Shown here in pieces: positions 42,951 to 56,968 of a stretch of DNA of 64,000 bases. The DNA is from the human T2T-CHM13v2.0 reference genome, Homo sapiens: NCBI RefSeq assembly GCF_009914755.1, contig NC_060930.1; one strand, 5' to 3'. Every line of letters starts with the position of its first letter. Within the stretch, counting starts at the first letter, position 1. The position numbers and the translations under genes are program-made. A model generated the notes under the pieces. It was not told where the DNA came from and did not search any database. It worked only from the letters and a program-made list of their open reading frames with translations.

Positions 42951-44048
42951 TGTATAGCTACAAAAGTCCTTATAATAAGCAACTCATACTAAATAATATA
43001 TGTGACTTGATTAAAAATAAAAAATAAGGAGGGTATAACATGGCTATATCTCTTATGAAACACCAAGGAACACACTTGCTAATGGCACAGAGACAAAGCC
43101 GCACTCCCCTGGGATGCTGGCCTTGTTCTCAGCATGCACTAGTCAGCCATTTCCCTTCAGGAATCAAAATGTGAACAGCCTTAAGCTTTCCTTCAAAAGT
43201 GCATGTAAGTCAAGTCAAATCAAAGGTGGCTTTAAAAGCTAGATTCTTCATGCTACAGAGATAAGGACTCTCTTAAAATGCAATAAACCCAGGACTTGGC
43301 TGAGGCTGAGATACCCAAAAAGACTCACAGCCACCTCAAGACTACTGAGATTTACTCACTTGATAAGCCACCTTATTTTACAGTCCAGCTTTCTTTAGTC
43401 ATTTCCCAATATATTATTCCCAAGAATCATCTACTCCTTCTGTAGAACCCTACGTAGTTATCTGACTTTCCTGTTATAGTAAGATTCAAGTCTTCTTTAT
43501 TTTTCCAGCTGTAAACTCAGCTTCACACCTAAAACATTCTAACACATTCTCAGCCTCTTTACTGAACAGTCCTATTATCTACTGGCCTTAGATGAGGTCT
43601 CAATTACCCTTGAGAAGAAGGCACCTCTCCTGTAACCCTCTCAAGGAGAGCCTGCTTAGTCTCCTATTCTTTGCTTAGAGACTAGAATTAAGGATGGCAT
43701 CTTTAATTTCCATTACTTCTTGAAGACTCCCACTTCTTTTTACTAATTTAAAAGTCCCTGCTTTTGGAATCTATGTGATTTGGCCATATAGTCTCTATCC
43801 CTGTTTGATGATTGGTATCCTTCATATATCAAGGCCATTAGAACTTATTTCACCATCATTCCCTTCATCCCAAATCCTGACACCATTCAGCAGTTTATTC
43901 AATGTCCTGGTGGACCTTCCATCCAATATTTGGTTTTCAGTGAAATTCACTGGACTTTTACTCCATTCTGACCATAATCTATAGGGTCATAAAAGGGGCT
44001 TATTATTTTTTGTGGCAGCTCACTTATTAAGTCTGTGACCACAAATAC

Positions 44049-44409
44049 TATATTAGTCCATGTTCACGCTGCTGATAAAGGCATACCTGAGACTAGCTAA
44101 ATTATAAATAAAAAGAACTTTAATGGATTCACAGTTCCACATGGCTAGGGAGGCCTCACAATCATGGTGGAAGGTGAAAGGCTCATCTTACATGGCGGCA
44201 GGCGAGAGAGAATGAGAGCCAAGCGAAAGGGGAAACCCCTTATAAAGCCATCAGATCTCATGAGACTTATTCACTACCACAAGAACAGTATGCGGGGAAC
44301 ACCCCTATGATTCAATTATCTCCCACCAGGTCCCTCCCACAACGTGTGGAAATTATGGGAGCTACAATTCAAGTGAGATTTGGGTTGGGGACACAGCCAA
44401 ACCATGTCA
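44049..44409 (-). mobile_element. THE1B/C-like MaLR solo LTR
   Basis: 361 bp; minus strand starts tgacatggtttggctgtgtcccc; perfect 5-bp TSD aatac (44044-44048, 44410-44414). Confidence 0.93.
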
Positions 44410-44792
44410 AATACCTATCCTTTTAAGTTTCTAACTTTATTGTGTTCATGATTAAATCTTTAACCTCAAGTAAAAATTACAAGTCTTTGGAACTCCCTAC
44501 CTTCACCTCATCTGTTAGATGCTTTACATCAACAAAAAGAATCTTGAGAATGGTAATATGCCTGGTACATGTTATTTGAAGAATCATGGTGTAACAATTA
44601 AACAATCTTTTTCTCAAGATAACTGAATTCATTCTTTAAAATATATATTTTGCTCTAAACAATAGTACTGATTTAAATATAAAATAAGAATGCTGAAAAG
44701 GCATAAACAGCCTTAAAAATAGGAAATGTAAAACGGTGAGTGAGGCTGATAGATTTGGCAGAAAGTAGGATAAACATAGTAATAGATCAAAC

Positions 44793-45129
<337 letters not shown>

Positions 45130-46029
45130 CTAATTAAAGCTAGAGAGTAATCATATAAGCAGCTTATAAGACATACATTTAAAGCAAAACAATAGAGAAA
45201 TGGGCAGGTATAGTCTTAAAGCACTTAATTTTTAAAAAGACTAAAATCAAGTGAGCTAAATATTTAAAGAAAATTAAAATGCTAATGTAGAAAAAGTAGA
45301 GAAGAATTTTTTCAAAGAATAGAAATCAGTTGCTAGCACATCATCCATATGCATAAGCACATACAAACATACACATACAGTCAAGAGCATAAACAAGCCT
45401 ACAAGATACTTCTAAGTAAAGTGATAAACTGTAGGAAGACTTATAGAGAGAGAAAGAGAAAGAGAATGTACCCATATCAGAAAGAGGCAATGCAAAAGAT
45501 AAGATTGAAAAGAAAGGTAAATAATAATAAGAAAATACTTTTACCAACTTTATGCTAATAAAATGAAAAGATTTGATATACATTATGACAATAGAGGTAA
45601 AATATTATAAAGGAAGTACTTTAACAAATTTTATTAAACTATTTTATTCATCTATCAAAATTTTATTGAAGTATATTACACATAAAGAGGGAGTAAATAG
45701 TACATTGTTCTTCAAAGAGCAGATACTAAAATTGGACATAATATTACTTTTAACATTATTTAAAATATATATTCATTACCTTTATAACTTGTTCTTCATA
45801 CCAAAAACCATTTGGAATAGTCATTTTTTCCATACAATATTTTTCATGAGGCAGATAATCTTTTTATTCTTTCTTTGTAATTCAAATTGGTAATCTGAAT
45901 AGTATGTATGCTACTATACATATATAATGGAATATAACAAGTTCAAGTAGTATGGTAAATGAATATATTTTTACAATTTAAACTAAATTGCACAATTGGT
46001 ATTTTTAAATTTAATTTCCTTATTATATA

Positions 46030-48010
46030 ATCTTTCAATAATGGCTGACTAGCTTGTTCACAACAAACCTCTCACTGACAATGACTATATTAGTTGGATA
46101 AAATATTAATGAAAACCTAATAGTCTCAGAAATTTGGTTAATGAGTATTTCAGCAGCCAATATACTATGCAGGAGAAAAAAATAAAGTGGTGAGCCCAAC
46201 AGTCAGCAGAACTTTTCTTTTTGAGGCATTTGCCAATTCTGTATGAGCAACTGAGAAGCCAAAACCATCAGATCTTCCAGGAGCCTAGCAAGGCTGGAGT
46301 GGAAATAGTTTGAATTCAGGTCTCAGCAAGGAGGAGCAACCCTGGTAAACATTTTAGGTTTTAGTTAGGACCTCTGAATGACTGCAGAATACAAAAAGTA
46401 AGGATGAAGAGAAAAAAGTAAAGCCCTTACAAGTAAAGTAGGCTAAACCTCATATCAGGTAAGCACTTGATTAGCTTAATTTAAGTTATCTCTACGCTTA
46501 TTGTTTGATAACACCAAAGAGAAATCCCACCTGAGAAGGACAGTATTATTCAGAGTCTCAAATTACATCTATAATTATTTTCATACCAGGTGTCTAACAT
46601 ATTATTTAAATTTCGTAGGCATACCAGGAAGGAAAATACATAAAACAGACTAACTGGAGATCTGGATATTGGAGTTGTCAGACATGGGATCTAAAATAAT
46701 TCTAATAAGTATTCAAGAATTTATAATATGATAGAGAATTGTGGCAGAGAACTGAAGCCTATCTTTTAGAAATCATAGAAACACTTTAACTCAAAATATA
46801 ATAACTGAAATTAAGAACTCAATAAATTAGATTAACAGCAAATTAAACAAAGCTGAAGAAGAAATTACTGAAATGGAATATAAATGAGAAGAAAATATTC
46901 AGATTGAATACGGAGAAGAAAAGAAAGAATGAAAAAAATGAATGTAAGAAACAAATAAGGCACAGAGAAAGTTCTAATATTCTTCAAATTGTAGGCCTAA
47001 CTGGAGAAGATTTAAAAGGAAACAAGAAACAAACAACATTCGAAGCAAAAATGGTTGAAAAGCTTCCAAAATATGAAACCCAACAAACATCAAGTCATAG
47101 ATCCAAGAAGTGTTGTACATTATTAGCCAGATGAATGCAAAAGAAAGTATGCCTAGATATGCCATAGTAATACTATTAGAAACCAAATACAAAGATAAAA
47201 GAATGAAAGATAAATTATCATCAAAGGACCAAAAATAAGACAAATCGCTGATTTTATTGTAACTGGCTTCCACTGTATCTGTTGAGAAATCTGCATTTTG
47301 CACTGCTATCATGGCTGTTAATTTTTTAGATAAAACTTATGTTTATAGTAAACATTCATTTATACTTATAAACATCATATATGTGTGTGTGTATATATAT
47401 ACATTAGTGTATATGTGTGTATGTAATTTCAAACAAAGAAAAACTGAAAAAAATCAATATTAGTACTTTTTTTACTAAAGAAAATATTGAAACAAATACT
47501 TCTGGTTGAAGGAAAGTAATCTGAGGAAAAAATGGAGATGAAGAAAGGAATAAAAAGAGAAAATATGTGCACAAGTATAAATGGATATTGACTGTATGCA
47601 TATGTATTGTAAATACACCATATAGATAATAAGTATATAGAAACAAAAACGTAAAAGGCAGAGGACAGAAAATGAAGTTAAAGAGTCATATTTGCATTTT
47701 TAATAAGTTGTAATAGTACTAATATATTATTTTAATAAGCCACGGTTGTATGTTGACATCTTATAGACAGCAATTAAGGGTATAGTAAAAAAAAGTATAT
47801 CACTAACATGTCAATTCAGGGGGAAAATGAGAAATTAAAATGCTACATGATTTCAAAAGAAGCTGGAAAAGAATAAAAAATGGTAAGGAGACAAATAAAG
47901 AATACATGAGACAAATAGAAAACAGTATGATGGCAGTTTGGTCCCTGTCTGAAAATTCCTCCTCAATCATCCTAAAATATTTAGTAAATGTACTAACAAC
48001 TACACAGTTG
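46030..48010 (+). mobile_element. Ancient L1M remnant (ORF1 region and flanks)
   Basis: A-rich decayed ORF1 coiled-coil coding, 'ataactgaaattaagaactcaataaattagattaacagcaaattaaacaaagctgaagaagaaattactgaaatggaa'. Confidence 0.7.
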
Positions 48011-49099
48011 CAGGCCAAAAGTATAAAGATACATTATCATCTTATTACATTTAAGCAGAAATATAATACATTTAAATTCCAGAGACCCTTTAGCACCAAA
48101 TAACTTTACGCTGAATCATAATTTTTGCTGACAGCAAATGTAACACAAAGGATCAGAATCGAATGTAAAATAACTATAAATTTAATCTCACATAATCTAC
48201 TACTTTATTTTAGAAATATAATAGGTTTGAAACATTATTTATATTAGAATTTAGGTCTTTGGAAATTTTATTTTTGCAAAAGGGCATTAATATGTGAAGA
48301 GATTTAGTTATTGCTTAAGGAACACTTGAAAATCAAAGGGGGATCGCTTCACTAGGAAACTTAAATTTAATCAAAACTTTAAAACATGCCAATTAAGCCA
48401 GCTTCATTATACTCTTTTTAACAGAGACAACTACAGAAAATAAAACAGGTCCTAAGAGATAGCTTGAATTACAGAATGAGCAATTTCAACCTCTTGGTCT
48501 ATTAAGGGAATTTTCTGCAAAACCATTGTCATTAGCAAAAACAGAGACCCACATAATTTAATTAGTGGACCTGTGATAGAATAAGCCTTTCATTCATATT
48601 TATTCTTTTTATATTTGATAGTACATTGTTAAACTTCTAATATGTATATGTGTATATATTCATACACACAATATTTAATTTAAGTCTAATAATTCATCAG
48701 GGATATATTATCTCTAATATGTAAGCTGAAAAATTAAGGTGTGGCCATGCTCTTGCACACACAAAACCATGGAATAAGTTGGTAACAGAAAAATATCGAG
48801 GTTTTCAATATTCTATTGCACACACATAATTATTTCAAAATACAGAATTTTCTATCTGTTCTAACTACAATCAAATTATTTCATATTACAGGAGTCAGGT
48901 TTATTCATGATTCTCTCTGCCAGATTCAACAATAGAGAATTAGTTAAGCTCTCTGCTGTGTTGACAGCCTCCAGAAACCATTTTTACCTCATCTCTCCAT
49001 TAAACTACTATGAGGTCCTATGAGACAAAAAGGTGAGAGAAAAACAGTAATAATATTCATCGATTGGTGCTAAGATCAAACTCTATACCATGTCCCCAT

Positions 49100-50510
49100 T
49101 CTCACTGATTTTGTATTCACTTAGCAAATATTTATCATGATGCTACAGTGTGCCAATCATTTTGTTGGACCTTGAACAAATGCTAAGAAGAAGTCCATGG
49201 TCTTCATGGGCATGTGATGCTTATGGCCTATAAGGGAAAACATTAATTCATTTGTTCATTCAAAAAGTATTATTGGCCATAAAAAATTAACCAGACATTC
49301 TGATAAGTGTTGAGAATCCCGTGGTGAATTGCTTCCTTAGTTTTACTATGCTTAATATCTGCAAAGCAATTAAATATCAAGTAATCATGAAAATAAATAT
49401 ATAATGCATATTATCTACAATAGGTTACTATGCAATAGAAGTCTAACAAAAGCTGCTGGCATGGAGAGTCTGGGAGAGATTTCACGAGAGGGTAACATGC
49501 AAGTTGAGGGCGGAAGATTAATTAGAAGTTAATTTGTTGAAAACAATCTTCCTAGCAGAGAGGAAGGTAAGCAAACACTGTGGTTCCAGAGGGAACACAA
49601 TTTATTATAGAACTCAAAAAAGGCCACTGTGGCTAAAGTGGCAAGAACAAAAAAGAATAGCTTAAGATGATGTTGCTGAGAGATGCAATGAAAAGATCAT
49701 TTGAAGTTTAGAAAACACATTAAAAGTTTTGGTGTCCACTCTTAAAAGCAATGGAAATTCACGGATGGTTTTGAAACAGAGAAATAGCATTATTTTATTT
49801 GAAATAGGGAACACTTTCCAATTAGCTATATAGGCATTGGGTTGAAGAGGGATTCCTGGAAAGTAAGAAGACTACTGCAACAGCCCAGTCATCCATATGA
49901 GAGATAATGCCATTTTAAAATTGATTGGTGCAATGAAGTTGGAAAAATAGATTTGAAAGAAATTCAAGAAGTAAAATTGCAGGACTCAGTGATACTTTGG
50001 GTGTGAGGGAAATGAAAGAAGATAGTTTCTGGTGTATGGCTCATAGAACTGAATAAATTATACTGGCATTCCCTGCAATAGGAAATATTGCAGAAAGTCC
50101 AGTGTTGGAAGAAGTAGAACATTAATAAAATTTTGAAAATGTTTGAGTTTGAGTTGCTTTTGAGATACCTAAGCGATGATGTCAAATGAGCAGCTGAACA
50201 TCTGGACTGGAATTCAAGAGAAATAGGGGAATGTAAGTCTAGAAAACACTGGTACACAAACAGTAATCAAATCAGTGAGTGTAGATTGTCACTCAAACTC
50301 ACACTAGGAAGAGTGTAGATAGTGATGGGGCATCTGGATATTTACCCAGTGGATACAAGCCACCGTGCCTGCCAAGGAGACTGAGAAGCCAGAGACATCG
50401 GGCTGAAAGCAGTGAAGGTTTGTTAGAAGAGAAGTCTAGGAAGATAAAGTTCAAAAAGCCAAGTGTCAGATGTTAGTGCTGCTGTGAGTTCAATTACGAT
50501 AAGATAGAAA
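49100..50510 (-). mobile_element. L2 LINE(s) hosting the cassette exon
   Basis: Reverse-complement L2 3' ends near 49115 and 49245. Colinear L2-like sequence ('tgtttgagtttgagttgcttttgagatacctaag', 'ccaaggagactgagaagccagag') runs through the exon. Confidence 0.75.
50346..50435 (-). CDS. HMGCLL1: HMGCLL1 alternative cassette exon (30 aa, TSLLTNLHCFQPDVSGFSVSLAGTVACIHW), L2-derived
   Basis: Acceptor actttatcttcctag|ACT and donor TGG|gtaaat. 90 nt, no stop, phase 0-0. The peptide matches my recollection of the insert in the longer HMGCLL1 isoform. Confidence 0.85.
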
Positions 50511-51989
50511 AAATCACAATTCAACAGTATTGGAACTAAAACAGAATTATTTTTAAAAATTCCCGAGAACACAAAAAGAAGCATAACTCTGGAGGGAGCA
50601 AAGGGCTGGACTAAAAAAAAAAAAAATTTAAAATCTGTACTTGAGAGACAAATAAGAGTTTTCTAGGCAAAGCAGTTGGTGGGTAAAAAGGCAATATTTA
50701 GAGAAGGGCTATTATATCTTCAGAATGGGCCAAAAAAGTCTTCATTAAGCTGATGAATGCCCCAGAATTTTATTTCTCGGGAATCCTAGTCATTTTCATT
50801 TAACCTGCTTCCATATCTTAGCAGGGCAAATAAGACATCCTTACCTGCAACCAATCTTCTATCATTGTCCATAAAACCCACAAAATGTGTAAATCAGAAA
50901 ATAAAGAGGGAGAGAGAAATATAATATTCACTCAAAAAGAAAAATCATATAAACTCTCAGACTTAGGAAATATAAGTTAATGGTTCCTGATTAAATAACA
51001 GACTGAATTTAAAAAGTCAAGAACATTAAGATAAAAGTTACATCAGGAAGGTCAAAATAGAAGGTAGGAAAATTAAATAGACATATTAACATGTGGGAAG
51101 ATAAAGGATAACTTTTCACCTCTACCACTGTCATCAACAGGTTTTGAGTTAGATGACCATGGCCATCTTTTAAGTAACGAGAAACAAAATATCTTCTAAA
51201 GAACACAAATGCTGAATTCCAATTTGTAAAGATAAGATTGCAATTTCACATATGATACACTAAACTGAGAATACACAATAGAAAATGAATATTTTATATT
51301 AGAATAGTTGATTTAAATCCACATGGTACAATTATGCTTAATGACTAAAATATTACAATAACAGAAGTTATTTTGTTCACTAGTCGAATCAGAAATAATC
51401 TTGTATCCAGCACCTGTAATTTAACAAGAAGTCCTCACAGTGCTCCTCCTTTATTCCATGTTTCAACATTTTCATAACAATTATCAGTTATTTAATATTT
51501 TGTGGAATTTTAGATTTTCAAGTTTTTTAAGGAAAAAGTTAATTTCTTTATACACCTTTTCTTTATTTATCTGACACTGGTTAAGAGTGCATTAAATCAT
51601 AAGTATATGAATAATATTAAGTTGCCTATTGTCTTAACATGCCCTTTCAGGAACAATGTGGGAATAAATTTTAGTCTGAAATTGCTGTTATTTACACTTT
51701 CTTTCAAGTTTGTTGAAGCACAAATACATTTGGGATAATTAATGTTCTGATGGATTATTTCATCCTACTATGTCTTCTTAACCTTCTACCGGTTTCATTC
51801 CTTTTTCTGCCTCACATTGTGACAAATTTGTAGTCTTTGTTACACAGTACAAGGAGCACTGAGAATAAGGGCGGTATCCTTGAAGGAATACCTATGAATA
51901 CAAATTGTATTACGTAATGCATCCCTTTCCAGGAAAACACAGAGAAGGAATTCTTTTCTTTAGGCGACCAGCAAATGGTCACAGGCAGG

Positions 51990-52570
51990 GATTTTGCAGG
52001 GTCTGATCTGTAGAGGCGGGTCGATACATTCACCGAAGAGAGATAACGGGAAACCGTTTAAGGGGTGCGGCCTAACACGACAGAACTGCTGCGGGAAGGG
52101 TCCTGGGGTGAGGAGGTGACATAAAGGGAGGAGGGCACCAAGAGGTTGCAGGGAGAGAGGCTGGCTGTCAGTGTGCGCATGAGGGTGGGGACACCCTGGG
52201 CCGCGAGGTGGTACCTGCGCGGGGTCGAGCGCCCCTGCCACTGAATCCCCGATCCAGAGATGCTCCCGGAGAAGCTGCTGGTAGCTGAGGCAGTGCTTCA
52301 CCGCGGATGGCACATTCCCCATGGCGGAGCCTGGGGCGGCAGTCGGCGAGGGGAGGGAGACTGGAGGAGGATGAGGGGCGGGCACCGCGCTGGGAAACTG
52401 CGCCAGCTCGGGAGCGCGCCCCTCCGGTGCACTGGCTGTGAGGACCAGAGCTGTTCTGCGCACTGCGGCGGCGCCGAGAGGGCGGGGAGTGGGGCGTGGC
52501 AGGTGGCCGCGCCTGGGGCAGCGGGTGCACGGGGCACCTGCGGGAATCGACAGAAATGCCGAGCACCTGA
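51990..52570 (-). promoter_or_regulatory. HMGCLL1: CpG island / HMGCLL1 promoter with Sp/KLF GC boxes
   Basis: Abrupt GC- and CpG-rich block in AT-rich surroundings, spanning exon 1. GGGCGGGG at 52480-52487 and GGGGCGTGGC at 52491-52500; E-box CAGGTG at 52500-52505. No obvious TATA box. Confidence 0.85.
52215..52322 (-). CDS. HMGCLL1: HMGCLL1 coding exon 1 (36 aa, N-terminal Met-Gly myristoylation signal)
   Basis: Strong Kozak context TCCGCC-ATG-G at 52322. 108 nt encode MGNVPSAVKHCLSYQQLLREHLWIGDSVAGALDPAQ, with an MGxxxS pattern. Donor CAG|GTACCA, phase 0. Lies inside the CpG island. Confidence 0.96.
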
Positions 52571-53651
52571 ACAGGAGAGAAAGGAGCTGAGCCAGAGGAT
52601 GTCCAGGGGTGTCTCATTTTCCGCACTACACTGAGCGCCCAGGGCTGACTGTATCTTAACGTGCCCACCTACTTCTCACCTGGCATAGATCAGGTGTAGA
52701 AGAAAAGGGGTCTAAAATAAAAGGAAGGGGCGTGAGTGTTTATGTTGATGAGTTCGTTCATTCCCAGCTGCAGCCTTGGGTGCTCAAGTGTAGATTTGCC
52801 TACCGTTGAGCTCACGGAGTTTATGCTTTATAACAATAAGCTCTATTTAAAAATGTTTTTGAGGCAATCAGCAAGGTTAAAACATATCCAACAGTCTAAT
52901 GAAAAGGAAAAGATAGTCTTAAATTAGGTTACATGTCAGAGGTACTCTCAGAGGTACGTTCCTAAATGAGAGGTAAGCTGTAAGTTGGTGCTGCGGTTAA
53001 GCGCTGAAATGGAACTGCGTGTTTAAAAGTCTCATGGCACAAAATTATTAAAGCCCTAAGGACTAGATTTATCCAAACGGAAAATTCTATACAAGTTCTT
53101 AGGATATTAGAATTGGAGACATTTTTAGTGGAAGAGAGGGTTTGAAAAAATAGCCTTCGAGCAGACCACCGGCCTACCTTCCCCCCCTCACTTTCACATG
53201 TAAACTTACGTGTATTGTCACACCCTAATAATCTTCGCAGTGGGTTCAGTGGTTTGCAGCTAAAATGACATAGTCATCAAGAATAGTCTCGTGCAGGATA
53301 CCTAGGGTCTTCCGGAGACCCAGCCAGGGTGTCCATGGCCAGGAATACGCATCAGCCCTGGTGGCTGATGGAGCAAATGTAAACCAGGAGCCAACCGATG
53401 CACACCGTAGTATAAACACACAGAAGAAATTTACCATTCAAAGTCAAACCATCCTTACCACTTGTGTGTTGCATGGGTGGGGGTTTGGGGGGTGGGCAGT
53501 GAGACTTCCACAGGTAATAAAAATAAATGGGTTAAGGGAGGAAAAAGACAAAGAGTGGAAGAGAAATCGTGTAGATCCTTCGGTAAAACTGCACTAGAAA
53601 GGGCAAAGAGGATGAGGAGGTCATAGTCTTCTTCTCACAGTTAACCAAGGA

Positions 53652-53982
53652 TTTTTTTTTTCTTTTTTCTTTCTTTTTTTTTTTTTTTTTTTTTTTTTTT
53701 TGAGACGGAGTCTCGCTCTGTCGCCCAGGCTGGAGTGCAGTGGCGCGATGTCGGCTCACTGAAAGCTTCTCCCCCCAGGTTCACGCCATTCTCCTGCCTC
53801 GGCCTCCCCAGCTGCTGGGACTACAGGCGCCGGCCGCCACGCCAGGCTAATTTTTTGTATTTTTAGTAGAGACGGGGTTTCACCGCGTTAGCCAGGATGG
53901 TCTCGATCTCCTGACCTCGTGGTCTGACCTCCTCGGCCTCCCAAAGTGCTGGGATTACAGGGGTCAGCCACCGCGCCCAGCC
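53652..53982 (-). mobile_element. AluY-family SINE upstream of the promoter
   Basis: Long T-tract followed by a reverse-complement AluY retaining many CpGs. Confidence 0.95.
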
Positions 53983-55369
53983 GGATGTTTAACCTGGAGA
54001 ACATTCCCTGAACTGCTAAAGTGAAGTTATCCAATTCCTGGATGCGCTTAAAACTCTGTAAAGCACCAAAACTCCGGTTGTTATTTACCTAAGCATGACT
54101 ATCATATAGGTGTACATTCATAGAGCTAAATCTATTAGCTGTACCAGCAGAGCTCAGCTGTTAGTTATTGTTCCACTGCAAGTGAAATGGACGGTACTGG
54201 TTATATCTATGCTTACTATCATTTTTCTCTCTATATTTAAATTCTGCAACAGGGAACATGATATTTAAAAATAATTTTAAAAGATCCAACTTCAACAACA
54301 ATAATTTAACAAGGCAACCTTCATAATGGAGTCAACAATCATTCTAAACCTCAAAAAGGATTGGCAATTAAAATTGAAGTCTAAACTTTTGGAGAATAAG
54401 ACCTCTAAGATAAGTCAGATATGATATGATCTTCTGCTACTAAGAACAAGAACATTTAGGGAAAAAAAAATTATTGCTTAATCGTTTTCTAAATTAAAAG
54501 GGTCTGAAGAAAATTTCATATACCAATTAGTTGACCATAGTGATACGTGTTTTTTTACAGAAAAGTCTTATAAATATAAAAGTATTTGTTTTTTATTTTA
54601 ATTCATATCATATGGAAAATGCTATGATCTCAAATTTTTAAACAAAATTTGTACAAATGCCAAAATCTTAAAGACCAAATATCTTAAGAATGTTTAATCT
54701 AATGAATAAACAGGAGTTAAAATAGATGTGATTTTACTGGTAAGTAAAGTTTGGTGTTAATTTATGAATGCTTAAAATTTATACATTTGAAAAGCATATG
54801 TTTTTGTACTTAGTATTAATGTACATCTTTCTGTTCTGATTACTCAAATAAAACATTTTCAATATGTACCCCTGTTCTAAAAAGCTCTAGATAAAATGAG
54901 AATAAAAAGAAGTTTGTGGAAGGTTCTATAGTTCTCTCTTGCAATATAACAGGTTAGAAGCTTGGGCTCCATTAGAAAAATAAAGAAACCAGTTGTTAAA
55001 AACTACGAAGTGAGTAAGTGCCATATCCTGCATCTGCACTCTATACTATGCTTGCTGCATCATATGACTAAGCCATTTTTATTTCATTGCATTTTACTCA
55101 CTCAAGCAGAAGAAGATACGAACATTCACCTCAAATTAAAGTAAATTTTCTGTTTTCTCTAGTGACTTTATTAATGATTTTACTATGTACAAAAGCATTC
55201 AATTCAACCTGTCTCTCCTGAATTATTCTTGACTTCCTTCTCTCCTTAATCCCACCAATCTGTCAACAAGTGATTTGAGTTAAATATCTTGGACTCATCC
55301 CTTGCTCTTTTTCTTTTGCTAAGAACTTCTCTCTGCTCCACTTCCTATCTGTTTGACAAGCAACACCAT

Positions 55370-55610
55370 AATGCAGTGGGGAAGGGCCTAAGAGTTGGTT
55401 CTAGATTATCTATGATGGGAGCCAGGTTCTAACAGGGACTGAGTGACCCTGGACAACTTTGTTAGCATCTGTATCCACATGTGTAAAAGGGTGACAATAA
55501 CAGTTCTTACTTGTTGCCAAAATTAAATGACAGAATATATAAAGTGTTCAACATTTGGTCTCTGGCATGTTGTAGGCAGCCAGCAAATGTTAGCTATTAT
55601 TATTATTAAT
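55370..55610 (+). mobile_element. MIR inside an L2-like segment
   Basis: 'gtgaccctggacaact...tgtaaaagggtgacaataacagttc...aaattaaatgac...aaatgttagctattatt'. Confidence 0.7.
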
Positions 55611-56462
55611 ACAGTAGTCTGGCTTCCTGGGTGATTTTGCACTCAACAATTCATACTGTATAGTCTGAGAGATTTTGAAAATATATATCTGATAAACATT
55701 TCTGAACTTAAAATTCTTAGAGGTGTCCCATAACCTCTGGGGGTGGGGGTAAGTCATATTTCTTAAAAATGGTTCAATTAATATTTCATGAAGAGACTCT
55801 TAGCAGTCTTTGCAGTCTCAACTCCTACCCATTTTCTAAACTTATCCATAACTTCAGCAATATCAAATTATACATGTTTCCCCAAGTTTTAGGATTATTT
55901 CATGTCCTATCACTCTAATTATGTTTCTTATTACAGCAATTTTGAGAAATTCAGAAGATACATAAAGATATCAATGAAGACACCTAGTGTTCTAATTCTA
56001 GAAACATTTTAATACATTTTATTTCAGAGAGAAAAAATTAATATTTCTTGTATATACTTTTTGTTTTTCCCATTTTATTTTATTTAAATTATTTGAAACC
56101 ATGATGCTATTGGCTGTACGATACCTGTATATATGTATACATATATGTATGTACACATACACACATATAATCAAAATCATTTCTTATAATAAGTTTCTAA
56201 AGTATAGCATGTTATTTATTTTTTGAGAGAAAAGTAGGTAGCTAGAAAATGATCATACGAATCTTTGTATGTATAATTAATTAATTTGCCAAAACAGCAT
56301 GACGGTGGAAATCCTCCACTATAGTTCTGTTTCTGTCAATTTCTCTTTATATTTTTAAAGTTTTGCTTTGTATGTGCAAAGCAAATACATATACAAACCA
56401 AATTTGCATGCTTGGTAATTTGCTTATGTAAACTTATCTTTGATGAAGCCATTTATTTTTCT

Positions 56463-56968
56463 TTTTTTTATTATTATTATACTTTAAGTTTTAGGGTACA
56501 TGTGCACAATGTGCAGGTTTGTTACATATGTATACATGTGCCATGCTGGTGTGCTGCACCCATTAACTAGTCATTTAGCATTAGGTATATCTCCTAATGC
56601 TATCCCTCCCCTCTCCCCCCACCCCACAACAGTCCCCAGAGTGTGATGTTCCCCTTCCTATGTCCGTGTGTTCTCATTGTTCAATTCCCATCTATGAGTG
56701 AGAACATGCAGTGTTTGGTTTTTTGTCCTTGCGATAGTTTACTGAGAATGATGATTTCCAATTTCATCCATGTCCCTACAAAGGACATGAACTCATCCTT
56801 TTTTATGGCTGCATAGTATTCCATGGTGTATATGTGCCACATTTTCTTAATCCAGTCTATCATTGTTGGACATTTGGGTTGGTTCCAAGTCTTTGCTATT
56901 GTGAATAGTGCCACAATAAACATACGTGTTCATGTGTCTTTATAGCAGCATGATTTATAGTCCTTTGG
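56463..56968 (-). mobile_element. 5'-truncated young L1PA (PA2-PA4-like) 3' end
   Basis: L1 3'UTR and ORF2 C-terminus; perfect 18-bp TSD gaagccatttatttttct (56445-56462, 56969-56986). Confidence 0.95.

Noticed and set aside
51960-52668. Overlapping 124-167 aa ORFs across the CpG island, including intron-1 read-through
   Set aside because: Stop-codon scarcity in GC-rich DNA explains them. Only 52322-52215 has a Kozak ATG, a donor site and a recognisable protein.
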